In this document: positions 9,970 through 18,619 of the stretch, one piece after another | How the letters are laid out: each line of letters starts with the position of its first letter | How positions within the stretch are numbered: position 1 is the first letter of the stretch | Assembly (NCBI GenBank): GCA_046350755.1 | Contig: JAXLZV010000001.1 | Span: 340,790-404,789 of the forward strand | Source of the DNA: Candidatus Saccharimonadota bacterium | Lineage (GTDB): Bacteria > Patescibacteriota > Saccharimonadia > CAILAD01 > GCA-016700035 | DNA: 64,000 nt | Reading direction: 5' to 3' | Program-made: the position numbers and the translations under genes | Notes under the pieces: generated by a model | The model's database searches: none | Told to the model about the DNA's origin: nothing | What the model saw: the letters and a program-made list of their open reading frames with translations, nothing else

Positions 9970-10548
9970 TTAGAATGCCAGACTTTTTGGCAGTTGGGCA
10001 CTCCAAGCCGATCGTACAGCTGATACACCATGTTCGCCTTCGGCTAATTTCACAAACTCGACCAGCGCCAGAGCGTCATCATACGCTCGATGCCGCTTAT
10101 GCACAGTGATATTATGTCGATCAATCACAGCAGCCAAACGATGCGACTGATATTGTGGATACAACCGACGAGACAACTTCACCGTGCACAGTCGCGGCGT
10201 CGTCAAAGCCCGGTCAAGCCGCTGATACTCGGCAGCGATAAAACTATAATCAAAGGCCACATTATGAGCTACAAAGTAACCGCCGGCCAGTAGGTCAGCC
10301 AGCTTATCTGCGATCGACTGAAAACTCGGCGCACCCCATTGATCGCCCTCGCGAATGCCGGTCAAGCTGGTGATAAATGGCGGTACCGGCTCGCCAGCGT
10401 CAATCAGGGTGTTGATCGTACTGACGATCTTGCCGCCCTCTACGCGGATAGCTGCTAACTCAAGCACCCGACTGCCGGTGGGGCTCCCACCAGTCGTTTC
10501 GATATCCACAAAGACGAGCGGTCGCTCGGTCAACTCACCCTGCTGCAT
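9970..10548 (-). CDS. DEDDh 3'-5' exonuclease (DnaQ-like)
   Basis: VDIETTG, AHNVAFD and HRAYDDA motifs. Confidence 0.9.
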   Translation of the reverse strand: MQQGELTERPLVFVDIETTGGSPTGSRVLELAAIRVEGGKIVSTINTLIDAGEPVPPFITSLTGIREGDQWGAPSFQSIADKLADLLAGGYFVAHNVAFDYSFIAAEYQRLDRALTTPRLCTVKLSRRLYPQYQSHRLAAVIDRHNITVHKRHRAYDDALALVEFVKLAEGEHGVSAVRSAWSAQLPKSLAF

Positions 10549-10662
10549 ATCTCCAGTATATCCCGAACACAATACGAATAAAAGCTCTCATCAGTAGACC
10601 GGTCATGGCTCGCCCGTGCACCCCAGCTTGCAACTGCTCAAAAACTCCCTACACTTAATCAT

Positions 10663-11625
10663 ATGCCCAGAAGAACCATCCGTCCCGGCATCATGATCGC
10701 CGGCGTCCCCCGTAGCGGGTCGACAATCCTATCAAAAGTCATGGCCCTATCACCGACCGTTGGCTATGTCGAGGAGCCATTCAACTCGCAGACCGGGATG
10801 ATCGGTACGCACGACAGGTTCTTTCCCTATATTGACTCGGGTTCAGCCTGGCAGGCGCAATATAGCGCCATTCTTCATGACATCCTCGCCGGCACGGCCC
10901 ACTACAAAGAGAATGCACTCCAACCAGACACCAAGAACCCACTCCGACTCATCTACCGACATCTATTCACGAACCGTTATCAAATTCGCTATTGGCTCGA
11001 CACCCACGACCCGCGGGTAAAAAAACTCATACTCAAGGATCCGACAGCCACCCTCTCAACTGAGCACTTTCTCCAGAATCCACACCTCTCGGTTATTTAC
11101 ACACTGCGTCACCCCTGTGGCGTCATCGCCTCACATCAACGTCTCGGCTGGGTTGGCACACCAGTGCATGACTTCCTGCGACAGGAGCCGTTTTTTCAGC
11201 GTATGTCACCAGAAGTGCAGGCAGTTAAAGACCGTAATTTACCTGAGATCGAAGGTCTTGCTTGGTACTGGCGAGCGGTTAATGAATACATTCTTCAGGT
11301 GTGTAAACAATATAGTAATGTTATAGTCGTCGAACACGAGACTTTTTCCCAACATCCCGAAGCCGTGGTACGCAAACTGTATGAGTAGTATGATATCGCT
11401 TTTACGCCGAAGATCAGCCTAGAGCTCGAACGGCTAACCGGCTCGCAAAACCCCACCGACCCGACGAATAATGAGATCCATGTGCTGCAGCGTAACAGCC
11501 GCGATAATATTGACCGTTGGAAAAAAATGATCTCCCAGCGTGATGAACGTACGATTATGAAAATTTGCGGAGAGACCTACCAGACGCTCCAAGCACTGCC
11601 GAACACAATCAAGATCAAGGCCTAA
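10663..11625 (+). pseudogene. Sulfotransferase interrupted by one in-frame TAG (11386-11388)
   Basis: GVPRSGST PAPS motif, LKDP and RHP motifs; the frame continues 78 codons past the TAG (...IDRWKK...) to TAA at 11623-11625. Confidence 0.75.
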
Positions 11626-11670
11626 TACCAGCGGCCGATAAGGGTCGGACTCAAATCTTGTCCTGTTAAT

Positions 11671-11700
11671 AAAAAAGACCCAATCTTGGCAGATGAGTCT
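11671..11700 (-). terminator. Probable original tRNA-Glu terminator, displaced by the island
   Basis: Minus strand: ...TCACCA-taag-AGACTCATCT-gcca-AGATTGGGTCT-TTTTT directly after the attL core. Confidence 0.6.
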
Positions 11701-11791
11701 CTTATGGTGAACCTAAAGGGTACTCATTCCGAAATCTTTTATTGTGAACTGGAGGAGCTAGCGAATCAACTCACTGCTCAGGAGAATCACA

Positions 11792-12271
11792 ATGTTTAGG
11801 TTGCTCCGTAAGACGCCAAAGGCCGTGTTAACAAACACCTCGCTATACAACGAGCAATCCTTCTATAACGCATTTGTGCGAGATGTGAAAAGAGCACAAT
11901 CAGCGGTAGTTATTGAAAGCCCGTTCTTGACCGAAAAAAGAGCGCTGTACTTTTCAGGGCTATTCAATAAACTGACCAGAAAAGGTGTGAAAATTCGAGT
12001 AAACACCCGAAATCCACGTCACCATGATAAGCTGCTGGAGATACAAGCCTGGAAATCCATCAGAATCCTTAGAGATAACGGTGTCAAAGTCTATTTCTTT
12101 AATGATATGCGTCACCGCAAGCTTGCAATTATTGATGGTCGAATATTATGGGAAGGTTCACTGAACATTTTGTCACAAGTACTCAGTCGAGAAATTATGC
12201 GTCGTACTAATTCGATTGAGCTAGCTCATCAGATGATTCAGTTTACAAAGATTAACAACAGGTTCTGGTGA
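11792..12271 (+). CDS. Phospholipase D-like (single HKD) nuclease-family protein
   Basis: HRKLAIIDGRILWEGSLN (HxKxxxxD...GSxN) and ESPF motifs. Confidence 0.85.
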   Translation: MFRLLRKTPKAVLTNTSLYNEQSFYNAFVRDVKRAQSAVVIESPFLTEKRALYFSGLFNKLTRKGVKIRVNTRNPRHHDKLLEIQAWKSIRILRDNGVKVYFFNDMRHRKLAIIDGRILWEGSLNILSQVLSREIMRRTNSIELAHQMIQFTKINNRFW

Positions 12272-12289
12272 TATACTAGAGGTTCAAGT

Positions 12290-12487
12290 ATGCACAATGA
12301 ATACCACATCAATGAAGAAGACATAGCAAAGATTATTAAGTATCTTAAGTTTGAAGATCCTGATAATGCTAACCGTGAATATGCAATTCAGCTTATTGAG
12401 TCAATGCAGATAAGTGGCAACGAAATAGCACGATCAGATGAAGCTTTAGCTGAAGCTATCAGGAAGTACACCCAGAAGAAAAATTAG
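12290..12487 (+). CDS. Small hypothetical protein
   Basis: 65-aa ORF with a TATACT box upstream. Confidence 0.6.
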   Translation: MHNEYHINEEDIAKIIKYLKFEDPDNANREYAIQLIESMQISGNEIARSDEALAEAIRKYTQKKN

Positions 12488-12489
12488 AA

Positions 12490-12705
12490 CTAATTCGGAA
12501 AGATATCCGACGCCTTAACGCCTAAAACAGCAAATATTTCATACAATGTTTCGACTGATGCAATAGCAGCCCCTTGTTCCAGGGTTGCGTAGTAATTAGT
12601 AGAGAGTCCTACTTTCTCGGCAATTTCTCTCTGGGTGTAACGCCTTGCCTTGCGAGCTTTTTGCAGATTAGTCCCAATTGCTTTTCTCAGTTTAACTTCG
12701 TTCAT
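12490..12705 (-). CDS. XRE-family HTH regulator
   Basis: IGTNLQKARKARRYTQREIAEKVGLSTNYYATLEQG HTH_3 pattern. Confidence 0.9.
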   Translation of the reverse strand: MNEVKLRKAIGTNLQKARKARRYTQREIAEKVGLSTNYYATLEQGAAIASVETLYEIFAVLGVKASDIFPN

Positions 12706-12799
12706 GTTCCTGTAGACTTATTAGAAATATCGTATACGAACTGTATCATATATTGTGTAGTATATCTACTGGTTTCTCAGTTGACGTCGGATGGTAGTA

Positions 12800-13378
12800 C
12801 TAGGTGGAAATAACTACCTTTTGGTAGACGTTGAGTAGAGGATCCATGCCGCCCTCAAAAGCACGTTTATCTGCATCAATAAGCTCACCAGCAGATACTT
12901 GGCTATAATCAAGCAGGTAGCCAGCATGATCCGCAAGTAGAATTAAGAACAAACGAATTGTCCGACCATTGCCTTCTCGAAAGGGATGTAGAGCATTAAG
13001 TTCAGCCGCTAATCTGGTAATCTCTTTAATGAAGGTCTGCTTACCTAGATCAGCAAGATACTGCTTGCCACGTAAATCCTCAAAGATTCGTTCGCCCTCA
13101 ACAATAATGAACGGAGCGTGAGCAAACGGCACGCTACTATCTGCCTTGGCTATATCGACTGTACGGATTTTGCCAGCAAAGTCGTATATATCTTCAAACA
13201 GAATCTTATGGAGATATTTCAAGTAATTAAAATCAAACTGGGTAGGCGGTTTCTCGGTAAGTAGCCTGGCTGTCTTCTTTGTGACGATATCCTGTTCGGC
13301 ATCCTGCAGGGCTTTCGGATCAGAAATACCAAGCTTGTTTTCCAGTACGCTGTCATCATCAGTAAAGTAGTCCGTCAC
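12800..13378 (-). CDS. Fic-domain toxin (FicT-like)
   Basis: Canonical HPFREGNGRTIR motif; VLENKLGI N-terminus. Confidence 0.92.
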   Translation of the reverse strand: MTDYFTDDDSVLENKLGISDPKALQDAEQDIVTKKTARLLTEKPPTQFDFNYLKYLHKILFEDIYDFAGKIRTVDIAKADSSVPFAHAPFIIVEGERIFEDLRGKQYLADLGKQTFIKEITRLAAELNALHPFREGNGRTIRLFLILLADHAGYLLDYSQVSAGELIDADKRAFEGGMDPLLNVYQKVVIST

Positions 13379-13382
13379 GGAA

Positions 13383-13511
13383 CTACTTCTTTGTTGCGCT
13401 AGTCATCTGTTTTTCAAGCGTTTTTTTGACAGTCTGAAAATCAAATCCCTCGGCTTCCATACTACGAGCGATACTGGCTATCAAGCGTTGCTTTTTTTCG
13501 GTCTGACTCAT
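13383..13511 (-). CDS. FicA/VbhA-like antitoxin, 42 aa (not in ORF track)
   Basis: MSQTEKKQRLIASIARSMEAEGFDF...; SMEAEG matches the (S/T)xxxE(G/N) inhibitory motif; ends 4 bp before fic. Confidence 0.8.
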   Translation of the reverse strand: MSQTEKKQRLIASIARSMEAEGFDFQTVKKTLEKQMTSATKK

Positions 13512-13735
13512 AGCTATATTATATCATAAATGGAAAACCTCTATTGCTATTTACGAGGAGCCATACAGAGCCCCACAACAGAGGAATTACTACCACTGTT
13601 ATTCTACCATAAGCATAGTGCTTATGTCGCAGCTGACTGTTTTTGCGTTTTTGTCATTTTGTTGCCTAGCTATTGCCTCCTTAGACCACCTCTGTTACTC
13701 TTTATGCAATCAGATTGGAAACTACAGGAGCTGCC

Positions 13736-16306
13736 ATGACTGATGATACTGGTGGGCAGATAGTTGAAAGACTACAAACCATTTTACCGTGGTTAGGACT
13801 CCTTGTTGCGTCAATCACTATTCTGGTTTTCGTTATTGGCCTTATCCTCAGACTCTATAACTACTACCGAAAGTACAACCAAGAAGCAGTTTTACTTGAG
13901 TTAACACCACTCGGCTTTACTAACAAAGCTCCACTTGCCACCACTCAGTTATTCTCAGTACTGCATGGTCTGCTGAAATCACGGAGTTTTAAGGATGCAA
14001 TTTTACGCTATGTGCCGTCATTCTCGCTGGAGATAGTATCAACCAAAGACAAAGGTATTCGCTACCTAATACGGTCAAGCAAAGCCAATGAAGAGCTTAT
14101 CCGGCAGGCAGTTGCTGCCTACAGCCCCGATGTTAAGGTTCGAGTCGTGAAAGATAGTCATGAAGCCAAAGGCTTTATGGCTCTCCAAGCCTACAAACAA
14201 ACTGAACACTACGCCATGCCCCTGGATACCTCAAAGTCCCTGCATGAGCACGACCCTGTAGCTTACTTAACCAGCTCTATGACCAAGCTTGAAGATAATG
14301 AACAGGTTAGCCTGCAACTGGTTGTCACACCAGCTGTTATATCTGAAGCCTTTGCGATTGACCGTAAGATACGTCAGGGTTACTGGTCTGGATCAAGTCT
14401 TGAGAAAAAGTTTGGTCATAAAAGTATCTTTCGCATCCTCTTTGCCATTGTAAAACTACCATTCGTAATTGCCTGGAGTATGTTATACGGTTTTCTCTAT
14501 CACGATATACCGGCTAGCTCAAAAGCTACTAACAATGTACCAACAAATACCCATATACCTCCGGCCGAACAAGAACTGCTGGACCGAATGCATGATAAGC
14601 TCACTCAAGATCTCTTCTATGTTGATGTACGGACTCAGATTGTAGCGACAGATAAAACCCGAGCCAAGTCCAGAGCCCAATCACTAGCTAACTCAATGGC
14701 TACCTATGCCACGCCAACCTGGCAAAGACTACGAACCACCAGAGCTTGGATACCGTGGCTTGGTGTGCTACATCGGATATGGGTACTCGATCATCGCTTG
14801 CCGTCACTAGTGCATAGAAATAGTAATGTTTTAAGCTCGACTGAACTGAGTGCCTTATACCATTTCCCTCATAGTACGTCAGCTCGCACTGAAAATGTCG
14901 CTAGGTCACTCAGCAAAACCTTGCCAGCACCAACCTCTCTCAAGAGTGCAAAGTATCTTGATGTGACCTTAGGCAAGAACAGTCACCTTGGCAGCGAAAC
15001 CTTAATAGGCCTCACTGAGGCTGAACGTGAACGGCATGTCTATATTATTGGCGGAACCGGAAACGGTAAAACCACTATGCTTCAGTACGGTATCGTTCAA
15101 GATATTAAAGATGGTAAGGGATTAGCCGTCATTGACCCACACGGAGATATGGCGTTAACACTACTCAAATACATACCGAAAGATCGCATCAAAGACGTTA
15201 TTTACTTTAATCCTGACGATATTGACCACCCACTGGCAATGAACCTGTTGGAAATACCAGACGGTCTGATTGGCAGTGCGCTGGAGCGAGAAAAAGACCG
15301 GGTAACCGAATCAGTCATCTCAGTACTGCGTAAAATATTCTCCGACGATGATTCAGGAGGACATCGGATTGAGTATGTACTTCGAAATGCCATCCAAACA
15401 GCCCTAACAACTGATAATCCCACTATCTTCACGATCTTTGAACTACTCACTAACGACAACTACCGTAAGAAAATAACCAATGCCCTGCCAGCCGGAACCT
15501 TAAAGAACTTCTGGCAGAACGAACTCGGTAAAGCCGGTGCCATGCAACGAGTTAAGATGAGTCACGGTGTCACATCCAAGATTGGCCGCTTTGAATTCTC
15601 ACCAAGTACTAAACGAGTAATGGGTCGACCAAGATCGACCATCGACTTCGATGATATCTTGTCTTCGGGTAAAATCCTGATCTGTAACTTCAGTAAAGGT
15701 AACCTGGGGGAGGATACGTCAGAGCTATTTGGTACAGCTGTGCTGGCTAAACTACAGCTAGCAGCTCTCAGACGATCTCGATTAGCTCAAGATGAACGAG
15801 AACCGTTCTACCTCTATGTTGATGAGTTTCAGAACTTCGCGACTATGCCGTTTGTGCAGATGCTGAGTGAGGCTCGCAAATACAAACTATTCCTGACCAT
15901 GGCTGAACAGTCTACAGCCCAGCAGAATGAGCAACGGTTAGTACAGATAATCTTAGCTAATGTCGGTACAGTTATAAGTTTTAGGACTGGTAGTCCGGTA
16001 GATGAGCAATTAGTATTGCCGTTATTTAGGCCATTTATTGATGAAGGCGAGATAGCTAATTTACCAAGCTACAATTTCTATGCCAGGCTGAGTGCTATAC
16101 GGTCCCAGGAACCGATGTCTGGGGAGACTATGTTACTGGAAGATAAGGGAGATAAGGCTATGGCTCGGAAAGTCATAGAGTCTTCGAGGAAGTTGTATGC
16201 GTATGAGTATGAAGATGCAGCGGAGAAAAAAGTGAATAAAACCGAGTCTCATGAAACACAAGACGCTAAAGATAATGACTCGGAAGATGAGCCGATTAAG
16301 GTGTAG
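13736..16306 (+). CDS. VirD4/TrwB/TraD-like coupling ATPase
   Basis: N-terminal TM; Walker A GGTGNGKT, VIDPHGD, Walker B YVDEFQNF and SEARKY; SD CAGGAG. Confidence 0.85.
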   Translation: MTDDTGGQIVERLQTILPWLGLLVASITILVFVIGLILRLYNYYRKYNQEAVLLELTPLGFTNKAPLATTQLFSVLHGLLKSRSFKDAILRYVPSFSLEIVSTKDKGIRYLIRSSKANEELIRQAVAAYSPDVKVRVVKDSHEAKGFMALQAYKQTEHYAMPLDTSKSLHEHDPVAYLTSSMTKLEDNEQVSLQLVVTPAVISEAFAIDRKIRQGYWSGSSLEKKFGHKSIFRILFAIVKLPFVIAWSMLYGFLYHDIPASSKATNNVPTNTHIPPAEQELLDRMHDKLTQDLFYVDVRTQIVATDKTRAKSRAQSLANSMATYATPTWQRLRTTRAWIPWLGVLHRIWVLDHRLPSLVHRNSNVLSSTELSALYHFPHSTSARTENVARSLSKTLPAPTSLKSAKYLDVTLGKNSHLGSETLIGLTEAERERHVYIIGGTGNGKTTMLQYGIVQDIKDGKGLAVIDPHGDMALTLLKYIPKDRIKDVIYFNPDDIDHPLAMNLLEIPDGLIGSALEREKDRVTESVISVLRKIFSDDDSGGHRIEYVLRNAIQTALTTDNPTIFTIFELLTNDNYRKKITNALPAGTLKNFWQNELGKAGAMQRVKMSHGVTSKIGRFEFSPSTKRVMGRPRSTIDFDDILSSGKILICNFSKGNLGEDTSELFGTAVLAKLQLAALRRSRLAQDEREPFYLYVDEFQNFATMPFVQMLSEARKYKLFLTMAEQSTAQQNEQRLVQIILANVGTVISFRTGSPVDEQLVLPLFRPFIDEGEIANLPSYNFYARLSAIRSQEPMSGETMLLEDKGDKAMARKVIESSRKLYAYEYEDAAEKKVNKTESHETQDAKDNDSEDEPIKV

Positions 16307-16336
16307 CAAGCCATAGAGCCACCACAAAATATACCG

Positions 16337-16514
16337 TAAGAGTCAGCGAACAGCTAGCCCGTTGCCCCGAGGAGCGTTGTTGCCTGGATTGACTTCTCCA
16401 GCATTGAAGTTCGCGTTGTCTGCGTTGTCGACATTGTCTGGGAAGGCTGAACGAGACCACAAGTTAGCGTTGTCACCCTGGTTGTCGAAGCCCTCGTCCC
16501 AGTTGCCAGCAAAA
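16337..16514 (-). repeat. DGR template repeat (TR)
   Basis: 178-bp ungapped match to 18626-18803; rich in AAC/AAT codons on the minus strand; non-coding. Confidence 0.93.
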
Positions 16515-16740
16515 CCCGGAACACACCACCGGACTACCTTACAATACTACTCATTATCCTGCACTCAGCGTACCGAATGCAGGCAGGTCTTGGTGGCACT
16601 TCCTCTCTAGAACTAGCCTTCGTCAAGTCAAGGCTAGTGAGTACTGTCTCTTACATATGCTTATCTGCCTGACTGCTCGCCGTGTAACAAGCAATAGTTG
16701 CCACCAAGCATTACCCGGTTGCCGCCAAGCAAAGCATACT
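16515..16740 (-). ncRNA. Putative structured DGR-RNA leader between RT stop and TR
   Basis: Inverted repeats 16589-16598/16699-16708 (10 bp), 16612-16620/16630-16638 (9 bp) and 16558-16563/16578-16583. Confidence 0.5.
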
Positions 16741-16741
16741 G

Positions 16742-17833
16742 TTATTGTACCCCCCCCCGAAGTTTTAAACCACCAAGAAGCTTTTTGTGTTTATAATGCT
16801 TCACCAGCCCTCGATACGATGCTTCGGTTTCTTTTGAGCAATCCGGGTTCGAAAGTGCCGCTAGTAAGTTGCGTTTCAAGCGTTTGCCTGGGTGCAAGCG
16901 AAATGGGTAGACAACCGCCCCAAGAAAGGCCACACCACGGCTACATTCCTGCAAGTGTCGCTTGTGGGGGTGTAGTTTTAGTGACAACTGACCCTCTACA
17001 TAGCGCTCTATTGTCCTGGCAGCTTCAACCAGTTCATTTTTATCACTAGAGACGATATAGAAATCATCAACGTAGCGTCCATAGTGTTTGAAGCCTAATT
17101 CTAGCGTTACAAACCAATCTAGTTGGTCAAGATAGATATTACTCAGTAGCTGTGAGGTTAGGTTGCCGATGGCAATACCACGGCCTTTGGGCTGGTGAAA
17201 CAAACTCTTGCTGGGCGGCAGACCTTTCCAAGCACTACGCGGACAGTTGAACACTGCCTCTTTCAGTGGGTCGTTAAAGATAATGACTTTCCACAAAAAC
17301 TTACACAATTGGTAGGCGTAGCCCTGATTAGGAAACTGCCGATTCAGTCCCCACATGGCCCGGCTGTAGAGCTTTTTGCGCTCCAGACTCATGAAGTATC
17401 CCTGAAAATCAAGCTTTAGTATGTAGGCTGGACGAGTGTAGTTACGACTGACTGAACGAATGTGGTGGTCAAGCCGACGAATACCATACAGTGTGCCCTT
17501 GCCGAGACGGCAGCTGTAGTTATCTTCAATAAACCGGGCATCCCACCAACTACTTACTTGGTTGAACAAAAAGTGATGCACGACTCGGTCACGAAAGGCA
17601 GCTGCAAATATCTCTCGTTTGATGGGTTTGTTGACAATAAAGGCTGTTGAGGGCCGTGGCGTGTAGGTACGCGTATGAATTTCGTGTGCCAGTGCCACCA
17701 GTTCTGATTTGGCAATTTTGTCGAACTTTTCCACTTCTGGCTTCTTTGTTTTACCACGTCGGGCGTCTACATAAGCTTTCCCGAGTTCTTTTGAGAGCCA
17801 CGCAGTACGGTTGTGTTGGGTGTTTGTTTTCAT
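16742..17833 (-). CDS. DGR reverse transcriptase
   Basis: KREIFAAAFRDRVVHH, LKLDFQGYF, GIAIGNLTSQ (DGR-type SQ) and RYVDDF motifs; no maturase or endonuclease domain. Confidence 0.95.
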   Translation of the reverse strand: MKTNTQHNRTAWLSKELGKAYVDARRGKTKKPEVEKFDKIAKSELVALAHEIHTRTYTPRPSTAFIVNKPIKREIFAAAFRDRVVHHFLFNQVSSWWDARFIEDNYSCRLGKGTLYGIRRLDHHIRSVSRNYTRPAYILKLDFQGYFMSLERKKLYSRAMWGLNRQFPNQGYAYQLCKFLWKVIIFNDPLKEAVFNCPRSAWKGLPPSKSLFHQPKGRGIAIGNLTSQLLSNIYLDQLDWFVTLELGFKHYGRYVDDFYIVSSDKNELVEAARTIERYVEGQLSLKLHPHKRHLQECSRGVAFLGAVVYPFRLHPGKRLKRNLLAALSNPDCSKETEASYRGLVKHYKHKKLLGGLKLRGGVQ

Positions 17834-17916
17834 TGTGTTTGCTGACAAATTTTATTTTGAATCTAGACAACTCGGTTAAAAGATTAGTTTTAGATCTGCT
17901 GCCCCCTCGGCTTACG

Positions 17917-18177
17917 TTAGCCGTATAACTGACTATGCGTACCAACCATTTGGTACAAAAATACCTCGTTATCTACAATTTCATACAGTGCTCGTAAGTC
18001 ACCTGTTATATCGATGCTGTAGAAACGGCTCATCTTGCCACTAAGTTTATGTAACCGAAGTGACTCGTCATTGGGCTTTTGCGACCAGAGCCTTATGGCG
18101 TCTGTGGTTTTTTGTTGCATCTTTGGAGTGAGTTTTTTGTACTGTTTTCTGAATTTTTTACTATACCTTATAGTCAT
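17917..18177 (-). CDS. RelE/YafQ-type mRNA interferase toxin
   Basis: YSKKFRKQYKKL...LRLHKLSGKM...SIDITGDLRALY...GTHSQLY. Confidence 0.88.
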   Translation of the reverse strand: MTIRYSKKFRKQYKKLTPKMQQKTTDAIRLWSQKPNDESLRLHKLSGKMSRFYSIDITGDLRALYEIVDNEVFLYQMVGTHSQLYG

Positions 18178-18455
18178 TTTTCATTAAGCCACGCAAAGCT
18201 TTCTTCAACATTATTAAAAGCAGGCGAATAATCATCTAGCTCACCAGCACGTACTTTTTTTGACATAGCCAGTAATTCGGCCTCCACTTCTGGCCTAAGC
18301 CGTGGCGAATCCGATATAGTTATGCTCCGGGTATTAACGAACTCTCGCAAACTGGCAGCTACCACTATACTCATAGGCAAGCCGAGCTCTTTGGCAACAC
18401 TCTGAGCCCTCTTTTTTAGAGCGGGATCAATTTTTACATTCAATACAGTACTCAT
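18174..18455 (-). CDS. RelB/DinJ-type antitoxin
   Basis: RHH pattern LNVKIDPALKKRAQSVAKELGLPMS; stop overlaps toxin start (ATGA). Confidence 0.87.
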   Translation of the reverse strand: MSTVLNVKIDPALKKRAQSVAKELGLPMSIVVAASLREFVNTRSITISDSPRLRPEVEAELLAMSKKVRAGELDDYSPAFNNVEESFAWLNEK

Positions 18456-18460
18456 ACTAA

Positions 18461-18490
18461 CCATTGTATACACTTTAGTTAGCATGTCAA
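18461..18490 (-). promoter_or_regulatory. TA promoter with palindromic operator
   Basis: TTGACA-N16-TACAAT, with a TGTATACA palindrome over the -10. Confidence 0.65.
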
Positions 18491-18541
18491 TACATAGATT
18501 TTGTTATTTTCGTTTGCTGGGCAGCCCAGTCGACTCGGCGG

Positions 18542-18565
18542 GGTTAGGGGTGGTCACCCCTAACC
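18542..18565. other. GC-rich hairpin downstream of VR (candidate DGR homing hairpin)
   Basis: GGTTAGGGGTG-gt-CACCCCTAACC perfect inverted repeat, about 55 bp past the target stop. Confidence 0.65.
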
Positions 18566-18619
18566 GCCCGGGCCTCGCTTTGTGGACAACCCAGAAATTA
18601 GCCCCAGATAAATCTGAGC

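Noticed and set aside
16362-17049. Plus-strand ORFs 16362-16610 and 16657-17049 as Avd
   Set aside because: They are antisense to TR and RT, on the wrong strand, and lack a helical-bundle Avd pattern.
16742-17848. RT as a group II intron, retron or CRISPR-associated RT
   Set aside because: No maturase or endonuclease domain, no retron VTG motif and no cas genes; the SQ motif and TR/VR pair identify a DGR.
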